Of a DNA stretch of 64,000 bases, positions 56,673-64,000 are shown piece after piece. Position numbers and translations under genes: made by a program. Below the pieces are notes generated by a model, which saw only the letters and a list, made by a program, of their open reading frames with translations, searched no databases and had not been told where the DNA came from. Positions within the stretch are counted from its first letter, which is position 1, and each line of letters begins with the position of its first letter. This DNA comes from a virus, in IMG/VR virus record IMGVR_UViG_3300025030_000067, positions 26,535 through 90,534 of that record, one strand, 5' to 3'.

Positions 56673-57041
56673 ATGTCAACACGGGCTTTAATCGCAGTAC
56701 CCAAAGAGGACGGCATTCATTACGTCTATTGCCATCATGACGGCTATCCGTCCGGGCTTGGTGCCGTTCTCCACGATCATTACAATTCATTTGAGGCTGC
56801 TTGTTCCATTCTGGATTTGGGCAACCTGTCTGGCTTGGAGGCAACCTTAGAAGCAAGCGATTTTTATCATCGCGATCGCGAAGAACCGATGGAGGATAAC
56901 TGCTCGATTGTTGTTGCTGATACCGACGAGCTGTTCGAAGTTGTACGCGATTACGACGCTGAGTATTGCTACCTCTGGGATGCTGTGAATAACCGCTGGA
57001 TTTGCCGTGACACTAAAACATGTATCGAAAGGAGTTTGTAA
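56673..57041 (+). CDS. Conserved hypothetical protein
   Basis: MSTRALI...YCHHDGYP..LG..L. Confidence 0.6.
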   Translation: MSTRALIAVPKEDGIHYVYCHHDGYPSGLGAVLHDHYNSFEAACSILDLGNLSGLEATLEASDFYHRDREEPMEDNCSIVVADTDELFEVVRDYDAEYCYLWDAVNNRWICRDTKTCIERSL

Positions 57042-57712
57042 TGTCTTTGTTGTTTCTCGATATCGAAACCATCCCTTCTCAAAAACCTGGCATGCTGGAA
57101 GAGTTCCGCGCCGTTGTTGAGCCTCCCGGAAACATCACCAAGCCAGAATCCATAGCAAAATGGATGGAAGAAAACGCCGCTGACAAGGCGCAGGAGTCGT
57201 ACCTCAAGACCTCATTTGATGGCGCTTTGGGAGAAGTTGTCTGCATTGGCTATGCCTTCGAAGATGAACCGGCTAACGTCTGCTGGCGGTCTTCACTGGG
57301 CACCTCGGAAGAGGTGATACTTTCCGAATTCTTCTGTGCGGTGACCGAGAACGCTGTTCGCACGAAGTCGCACCCTACCTATGTCGGCCACAATGTGCTG
57401 CAGTTCGATCTCCGGTTTCTGTTTCAACGTGCCGTGATAAATGGCGTAAAGCCTCCATATCCGCTGCGCCAAGATTCTCGCTACAACGGCGATGGAACCT
57501 ACGACACGATGTTGGCCTGGGCTGGCTGGGGTAATCGCGTCAAGCTCTCAAAGCTTTGCGACGCTCTTGGTGTTCCAGTTAAGACCGGTGGCATTGATGG
57601 CTCGCAGGTGTGGCTGTATGTGCAGGCTGGTCGCTTCCGTGAGGTAGCCGATTACTGCATTGAGGATGTTGAGGCAGTTCGTGAAGTTCATCGTCGCATG
57701 ACTTTTTACTAA
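57041..57712 (+). CDS. DEDD 3'-5' exonuclease (PolB-exo-like)
   Basis: LDIET, GHNVLQFD, YCIEDV. Confidence 0.85.
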   Translation: MSLLFLDIETIPSQKPGMLEEFRAVVEPPGNITKPESIAKWMEENAADKAQESYLKTSFDGALGEVVCIGYAFEDEPANVCWRSSLGTSEEVILSEFFCAVTENAVRTKSHPTYVGHNVLQFDLRFLFQRAVINGVKPPYPLRQDSRYNGDGTYDTMLAWAGWGNRVKLSKLCDALGVPVKTGGIDGSQVWLYVQAGRFREVADYCIEDVEAVREVHRRMTFY

Positions 57713-57721
57713 GGGGGATTT

Positions 57722-59041
57722 ATGTCGGAAGAATTGGTTGATGATGTTGTGGAGGCTGACGGTCGGTATTCCATGACTGATCTGATAGAAAACGGTGATG
57801 ATCGTGATATCCGAATGATTCTCGGTAGTCGGGATCGCATCCGTCCTGCTGGTAAAATTCGCCCTGGTATCAAGGCTCCAGTAGGGACTTGTTCTGCTGC
57901 CCAAAAAGCATTGTACGAGAAGATGTTGGCCGAAAACATTGGTTTCGACGCTATCGACGCCGAGATGTTGAAGCTTGAAGGCAAGGGCTCCACTCGCAAG
58001 TCCTGCCTTCGTCCTTCCAATTGTGATTATTTCGTTATTCGCGACGAGGACTTTTCCCGCGCTTCGGATGCCGAGCTGATTCGCTCGAAATACGCCGATC
58101 CTGACGGCAAGGTGCGGCGAATCCCAGTCTGGTTCCTGATGTCGGAGCGACACCGTGCTATCCCTCATGCTTTTACCGCGTTTGATGGCGGTGGGAACCT
58201 GCGCTGCGTCTCCTTTTATGATGGCGACAAGCTGAAATTCCGGTATCTCCCTCGTGAAATAAAAGCAGCGAAGCCCGAGGACTGGAAAGTCCTGGATTCG
58301 GAAAACGAAGACGATGCCACCAAGGCTTGCGGTCTGAAAGTGTCTTTGACTGGTGCGTACCATATTCAGATACCTGGTGTCCGCTCTGTCGGTGGAGTGC
58401 TGGTGAACACCAAGTCCTGGTATGGGCTCTCTGATGCTATGGCCGTCATAAACGAGGTCAGGAAGGTTATGGGGCGCTTCGACGGTCTGTTCCACGGCGA
58501 ACCGTTTTTTGAGCTGGTGAAGGTCGTGCAGACCATGAAGGTCGAAGGCAAGACCACTAAGCAGTGGATTGTGACTCTTGAGCTCTCCGTTGACATGATG
58601 GAGCTTGCCCGGTATGCCGAGCCGCAGGCTGTCGCTGCCCGGTCTGTGTCTGCTCTCTCACTGCTCACTGGCCGTCAGCCTGGCGCCATGTCGCCAGCCG
58701 TGTCACAGCCTGTTTCTGATGTGCCTGTTGCGGTGCCCGGACCAGAGCCTTTTGCTGGGTCCGAAAGTGCCGGAGCCGAGGTGAAGCCTGATTATGATCA
58801 TGCTGCAGCAGCGAAAGCTCTCTCTGATCTCATTTCACCACATGGGCTTACACTGGAAGAGGTGGAGATTTATTCCGCCAGTCAGGGGCTCGGTCAGGTT
58901 TTCGAGGATATGAGCAAAGCTGAAATGACGGATTTGTACAAGATAGTCCGTGCTGCGCTGAAAGAAGATGCGGAGAACTTTGTCGGGATGGTTCGGGAAA
59001 TCGCTGGGACCGTACCACCAGACGAGGCGGATCCGTTTTAA
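57722..59041 (+). CDS. Recombination-associated protein (Gp3/RDF-like)
   Basis: IRPAGKIRPGIK...DYFVI; located next to the exonuclease. Confidence 0.55.
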   Translation: MSEELVDDVVEADGRYSMTDLIENGDDRDIRMILGSRDRIRPAGKIRPGIKAPVGTCSAAQKALYEKMLAENIGFDAIDAEMLKLEGKGSTRKSCLRPSNCDYFVIRDEDFSRASDAELIRSKYADPDGKVRRIPVWFLMSERHRAIPHAFTAFDGGGNLRCVSFYDGDKLKFRYLPREIKAAKPEDWKVLDSENEDDATKACGLKVSLTGAYHIQIPGVRSVGGVLVNTKSWYGLSDAMAVINEVRKVMGRFDGLFHGEPFFELVKVVQTMKVEGKTTKQWIVTLELSVDMMELARYAEPQAVAARSVSALSLLTGRQPGAMSPAVSQPVSDVPVAVPGPEPFAGSESAGAEVKPDYDHAAAAKALSDLISPHGLTLEEVEIYSASQGLGQVFEDMSKAEMTDLYKIVRAALKEDAENFVGMVREIAGTVPPDEADPF

Positions 59042-59044
59042 CGA

Positions 59045-59335
59045 ACTGACGGGTGGGTCGCTGCCCTCCCTTAACCGGTGAGCCCAATAGTTGGGGAACT
59101 TCTGCTGATTGGCCAAGCCCTCGGGGTAGCAGATGCAAATACGGGTCGAACAGTGGGTGGCGTGACAGCTCGGAAAGACGAGCCTTGATTTTTACAGTTT
59201 GCAGCGTGGCCCAAGGACACCGAAACGGGCTTCTATCCGTGGCGTAAGCCCCGCTCTGCCGGGAGTCATGACCTCGTATCGGGCATTACCGGAATTCTGG
59301 TCCAAGTTGTGTTGGTATAAGCCACGCTGCAATTC
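59045..59335 (+). ncRNA. Candidate structured intergenic RNA(s)
   Basis: TTGCAGCGTGGC/GCCACGCTGCAA 12-bp long-range stem; TCTGCT/AGCAGA and GCTCG/CGAGC stems. Confidence 0.4.
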
Positions 59336-59361
59336 ATTATTCAAATAAATATGGAGGTTTT

Positions 59362-59811
59362 ATGTCTGGTTACAGTGGTTGCAAATTCTGTCAGGGCAAG
59401 GGTTGTCTCGCCTGCCCTGGTGAAAAGATGAAGGCGGAGGCAAAAGAGGCGGAACGGCGACTGAATAAAAACCCTCTATCCGAATCTGGCGCACGGTTTG
59501 CGGGGCTTGTGCTAGATGCAATCAACAGTCAGCCGGATCATTTGGGGCACAAAACAGAGCCGGTCAGCTTCACCCAGCCGAATCAGCCTCGCTATGAAAA
59601 CGGCATCTACCGCGACTGCCCAAAGTGCCGTGGCATTGGCTGTGTCTCGTGCCCGGAAGAGGCCGACAAGGAATATAAAAGGCAGTTCCCGGATGGTCCG
59701 CAGCCTATCGCGACGTTTAAAATTGATCCTAATGATCCTAATGATCCTCATGCAGCTGCGAAGGCTGTACGTGGTTTTCTTGAGTCCACCATAAAACATG
59801 GGGAGGTTTGA
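59362..59811 (+). CDS. Hypothetical protein with two CxxCxGxGCxxC Zn motifs
   Basis: CKFCQGKGCLAC and CPKCRGIGCVSC. Confidence 0.6.
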   Translation: MSGYSGCKFCQGKGCLACPGEKMKAEAKEAERRLNKNPLSESGARFAGLVLDAINSQPDHLGHKTEPVSFTQPNQPRYENGIYRDCPKCRGIGCVSCPEEADKEYKRQFPDGPQPIATFKIDPNDPNDPHAAAKAVRGFLESTIKHGEV

Positions 59812-59812
59812 A

Positions 59813-61159
59813 ATGTGCAAAGTCCTTCATACTGCTGATCTTCATTTCAGTATCAACACCGATAAGCTTGTCGAGGTCGTTCGCACCACGGATTTTCTGC
59901 TTGAGCGTGCCGTGATTGAACGTCCTGATGTGATCGTCCTCGCAGGGGATTCTGTAGACGAGTATGACGGCAGGATTCGACTCGATTCCGAGTGTGCTCG
60001 TGCCGCCATCTCTTTTGTGGAGCGTGCCGCTGATGTCGCTCCAGTGATAATCATCCGGGGCACTAAGAGCCACGACAGGGAGTCTCCGGCCATCTTCTCC
60101 CATCTACGCGCAAAACATCCTATTCATGTTGCTACCGAAATTGAGCAGATATGTCTCTGGTCTGACGGCCATTTCTATTCTGCAGATCCTGTCTGCGGTG
60201 AGTCTGTCGTATGCGCTTTCACTCTGGTTCCGTCTCTGGACAAGTCGTATTTGATGGCTGCCGACGACAGTTCTATCCGCTCCGGGAACATGGCTTTCAA
60301 GGAGGCGGTTCATGATCTCTTCGCCGGTTTCGGCATCGTAAATGACCAGTTCACGGCTCACAATATCCCGACCATCCTTGTGACGCACGGCATGCTGACC
60401 GGTGCCTGCTTTTCTTCCGGTCAGACCGCAATTGGTGAAGACCTGGAGTTCGGTCTCAATGACCTACATGCAGCCAAGGCAACCTATACCGCTCTTGGTC
60501 ATGTCCACAAGCACCAGGTCTTTCCCGGTAACGTAGTGTACTGCGGATCCCCTGGCCGTTTGAATTTTGGTGAGGCAGAGGATAAGGGTTTTGTGATTGC
60601 CGAGTTCTCTGATGCCGAGTGTGTTGATGTTCGGTTTGAGCAGACTCCCGCCAGGCGCTTCTGTTTTGGCGAGGTGCCGGAGTACACCGATGCGCAGGAC
60701 GTCTATGTTCGGGCAAATGCTCTTGCGGTTGATTGCCGTGGTGCTGATGTCCGCTTTCGCCTGCAGCTGCCAGAGGAATGCCGTGCTGATGTTGATCGTG
60801 ATCGTCTCGAGCAGATATTCTTGTTGGCCGGCGCAAACAAGGTCAAGCTTGAGATATCAATTATTCCGAAGCAGCGGTCGCGGTCGGAGGGCATCTCTCG
60901 CGTGGATTCGTTGCCGGAGAAGGTGTTGCGCTGGGGTGCTGTGGTTGGTGAGTCTATTCCTGACAGCGTCCTTGCGCTTGCCAGTGTTATTGAAGGCATC
61001 ACTGCCGAGGAACTGCTGGTGCAGGCGCAGGTTGCAGCTGATCCGCCTTTGGAGGCCGTGCCTGCCGTTCCTGTGGCTCAGTCTCGCATCGCTGGTGTCC
61101 ATGCTGCGTGTGATCGGTTCTTTGTGAATCAGGGTGGCCAGGCTGGGTTATTCGGGTAG
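59813..61159 (+). CDS. SbcD/Mre11-like metallophosphoesterase nuclease
   Basis: TADLH, AGD..D, GTKSHD, LGHVH, YCGS. Confidence 0.85.
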   Translation: MCKVLHTADLHFSINTDKLVEVVRTTDFLLERAVIERPDVIVLAGDSVDEYDGRIRLDSECARAAISFVERAADVAPVIIIRGTKSHDRESPAIFSHLRAKHPIHVATEIEQICLWSDGHFYSADPVCGESVVCAFTLVPSLDKSYLMAADDSSIRSGNMAFKEAVHDLFAGFGIVNDQFTAHNIPTILVTHGMLTGACFSSGQTAIGEDLEFGLNDLHAAKATYTALGHVHKHQVFPGNVVYCGSPGRLNFGEAEDKGFVIAEFSDAECVDVRFEQTPARRFCFGEVPEYTDAQDVYVRANALAVDCRGADVRFRLQLPEECRADVDRDRLEQIFLLAGANKVKLEISIIPKQRSRSEGISRVDSLPEKVLRWGAVVGESIPDSVLALASVIEGITAEELLVQAQVAADPPLEAVPAVPVAQSRIAGVHAACDRFFVNQGGQAGLFG

Positions 61160-61182
61160 GTTGTCAAATTGACGGGGATGAA

Positions 61183-61692
61183 ATGAGCGGTATGTTCGGG
61201 GAAAACATAGAGAGGCCGAAATATAAGAGCGTTGAGTGGTACACGCCATCATGGGTGTTCAGTACTCTCGGACTTACGTTCGATCTTGATCCGGCCAGTC
61301 CGCACGACATGGAAACGATGGTGCCAGCCTGTACCAAGTACACTTTGTTCGATAATGGCCTAAAGAAGCCGTGGTTTGGTCGTGTATGGCTGAACCCACC
61401 GTATGGCCCGGACACAGGGACGTGGGTTCGGCGAATGGCGCAGCACGGGAATGGAATAGCACTGGTGTTCAGCCGGACGGATGCAAGCTGGTGTCAAGAT
61501 GCTATGCGATCGGCGCAGGCGATGTTGTTTGTTTCTGGCCGGATAGAGTTTGTCCCTGGACGCGAGAATGCCCATAAAAAAAGCCGGTGCGGTGCCGGTA
61601 CTGTGCTCTTTGCCTGGGGAAGCGATTGCGTCGACGCATTGAGGAAACTCAGTGATCGTGGCGTGTTTATTGATGCAGCACAACGTACTTAG
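61183..61692 (+). CDS. Phage DNA N6-adenine methyltransferase
   Basis: EWYTP, FDLDPA, WLNPPY. Confidence 0.85.
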   Translation: MSGMFGENIERPKYKSVEWYTPSWVFSTLGLTFDLDPASPHDMETMVPACTKYTLFDNGLKKPWFGRVWLNPPYGPDTGTWVRRMAQHGNGIALVFSRTDASWCQDAMRSAQAMLFVSGRIEFVPGRENAHKKSRCGAGTVLFAWGSDCVDALRKLSDRGVFIDAAQRT

Positions 61693-61718
61693 CGTTTGTT
61701 TTGAAAGGAGAAAACAGC

Positions 61719-63040
61719 ATGTTGCCAAGAAAAATCGAAGAAATCGTAACTCCTGTCGTTGAAAAATTCATTGCGAGTCAAAATGGTAGATACCGGCAGC
61801 ATTGCAGCGATGAAATGCTGCTGGCGTTGATTGTATTTCGGCTTGGCGATCCGTCTCGTCGCGACGAGAAAAAATGTGTTGCCGAGGCGATGCTCGATGG
61901 TGATCGGAACGCTGCTTACGATGCTACCTGCTGGCTGTTTGAGCATATTCTAGAGCACAAATGCCGAGCTGGTGGAAACGGGCATCATGTAGCACAGGCG
62001 TTTTCAGAGGCCATGTCGGTTTTGCTGGAACCAGATCATTGATGGCTTCCGGGCTCACGGATACGGATTGTGTGGTTCGACTGCACGAAGGAGGGGTTAT
62101 GCCTAAATTTGAACGCGAAAATAGATATTTGGTGTTGAAGCGTCGTGATATTTCCAATTCTTTGACCGAGTTGGAACAGCAGATATTGCGTGAAATCACA
62201 ACCAAAGTGCGGCTCTACCGAGAGGGCGCTATGCAAAAACAGCCTCTGAAATGCGTTGTAGTAGAGCACGACTGGCCGGAATACGAGCCAACATGTAAGG
62301 CTATTGAACAGCGCATGACAGCCAAGTGCACTTGCTGCGCGAGGGGTGGTGAATACAACGGGTTTGGTAGTGATGGTCCACTACTATTTCACTGCGATTT
62401 ACCAAACGGGTGCAGTTGCCACGACTAAGGCACAACAAGGGGCTGATGAGCATGAGTTTTGATACTTCCGTTGTAGAGCGAATTCATCCCGACTACTGGC
62501 GCAACAGTCAGCTTTCGGTCGCTCGTTTCAGCTCGGGATGCAAGATCAATGGCATCTCGTATATTCTGGATCCCGACACGGATCATCTCGTCCGGTTCGA
62601 TGTCTGGCAGGTCGAAATAAAGGACAAGGCGAAGCAGAAGCGTGTCGCTGCAGCCGAAAAAAAGAAATGGGATGCTGCCGCTCAGTCAGGGCTATTTGAA
62701 TCTTTGGGGGCTGCGTAGCGTATGCCAAACTTTGTTGCTTTGTTGGTCATGGTCGTAGGAATGGCGCTGGACCACTATGGGGTTATTACTGCTCCTGCTT
62801 ATTGGACTGCTTATGGCTTTTGTGGTGGCCTTCTTTCATTCTGGGTGTCTTCTCGTGGCTGATCGTTGTTTGCGCTGTGGTCGTCGCCTTAAAGATCCGG
62901 TCAGCATGGCTCGCGGGTATGGAGCTGTATGTTTCCGTAAGTTGCGCCTCAGGAAGTCCAGGCGGAGGAAGCGCATGGTTGATTTTGACTGGCGGCAGCT
63001 TGATCTGTTTCGCGGACCAATGCAGCAAGAGTTGTTTTAG
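61719..63040 (+). other. Small hypothetical ORFs (61719-62042, 62099-62428, ~62446-62718, and a DUF6011-like Zn-ribbon ORF ending at 63040)
   Basis: RBS-preceded ORFs; CLRCGRRLKDPVSMARGYGAVC motif. Confidence 0.5.
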
Positions 63041-63222
63041 ACATCATTGTGTTTGTTGGCCTTTGGATGCTTGGAAGTAAAAACGAAGCACAGGAGTTGA
63101 TATGACCTTTTACCAAATTACATTCAAAAATGGAAAGACCATGGAGTTTGCGTCTTTTGATGTCGCCAGCGGGTACGCTGATTCCTTCGGGTTAAAACCA
63201 CCTGTTGAAGTGATGCTTTAGT

Positions 63223-64000
63223 ATGGAAAAAGTAATAACTGAACAACAGCTCAAGACTCTATTTCTTCGGCAGCGGCAATCGCTGCCGTTGCACATATTG
63301 AAGCAAATGACGTTAAGGAGAGTTGCTGCATGGCGTGATTACTGGCAGGGGCGAAACATGGATGTCTATGTATCTCTGGGCGGGAAGGATTCTCATGCCT
63401 TACTGCACCTGGTGCGCACCATGTTCCCTGATGTGCCTGGCGTCTTTGTTGATACCGGTCTTGAGTATCCGGAGGTAAGGGAGCTTAATTTGCGAACTCC
63501 GAACGTGATCGTTCTCAAGCCAAAAATGAATTTCAAGCAGGTGATTGATAAATATGGCTGGCCGGTTATCTCAAAGAAAATGGCGCAATATATTCATGAA
63601 ATACAGACTCCAACGGAGAAGAATAAAAACGTAGTGCGGTTGCGGACTACTGGATTTCGGGCGAACGGCACTCACAGTCCTATGTCGAAAATCAGCGATA
63701 AATGGCTGTACCTCAAGGACGCTCCCTTCAAAATCAGCAACGCCTGTTGTCACGTCATGAAAGTAAATCCATTGCGATCCTTTGCAGCCAAATCAAGGCT
63801 GGTGCCAATTATCGGGACCACCTCTGATGAATCGAAAGCGAGAGAGCATAATTTCATTCGGCACGGATGTAATGCCTATGGAAACAAGTTCCCGGTATCG
63901 ACTCCGATCATCTTTTGGACTGAGCAGCATGTGCTCCAGTACATTCGCGACAACCAGATCGAAGTAGCTGGCTGTTACGGCGATTTACATGAGGTTGCGG
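63223..64000 (+). CDS. PAPS-reductase-family protein (partial)
   Basis: Not in the ORF track because it is partial: VSLGGKDS, FVDTGLEYPE, YGWPVISK, CCHVMK, PIIFWT. Confidence 0.8.
   Translation, partial: MEKVITEQQLKTLFLRQRQSLPLHILKQMTLRRVAAWRDYWQGRNMDVYVSLGGKDSHALLHLVRTMFPDVPGVFVDTGLEYPEVRELNLRTPNVIVLKPKMNFKQVIDKYGWPVISKKMAQYIHEIQTPTEKNKNVVRLRTTGFRANGTHSPMSKISDKWLYLKDAPFKISNACCHVMKVNPLRSFAAKSRLVPIIGTTSDESKAREHNFIRHGCNAYGNKFPVSTPIIFWTEQHVLQYIRDNQIEVAGCYGDLHEVA

Noticed and set aside
59723-59748. GATCCTAAT tandem repeat
   Set aside because: Short coding repeat (DPNDPNDP) with no sign of function

Overview
The whole window is bacteriophage DNA: about 64 kb of a large temperate myovirus. No host housekeeping block is visible. 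Phage genes continue on both sides of the attP-like cores, so this looks like the free or excised genome. Left arm (minus strand): tail sheath, neck, major capsid, scaffold, prohead protease, a set of internal-head/polyvalent proteins, portal and terminase, with a capsid module resembling SPO1/Twort/A511-type phages. Centre: accessory genes, homing endonucleases, HU, acyl carrier protein, Cro/Xis-like HTH, CI, tyrosine integrase and tRNA-His-type att cores. Right arm (plus strand): replication, recombination and DNA-modification genes. Top observations: (1) a TIGR-Tas-like RNA-guided locus, in which a nuclease-less Nop/IS110-like gene (27857-28864) is flanked on both sides by arrays of 36-nt units (two alternating 9-nt repeats, two 9-nt spacers; 11 + 3 units); (2) about 22 copies of an asymmetric motif TGTRGCGYATRTC at gene junctions and in promoters, resembling a stoperator system; (3) a recurring LxK|S putative protease site followed by an HVxxYxRxxxxG signal, which appears to cut a 1500-aa polyprotein into effector domains; (4) a DGR-type target gene with no reverse transcriptase in the window; (5) two tandem tRNA-His attP cores; (6) two paralogous kissing-loop leader RNAs and other structured intergenic RNAs. 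All product calls come from motif recognition only; no database searches were run.
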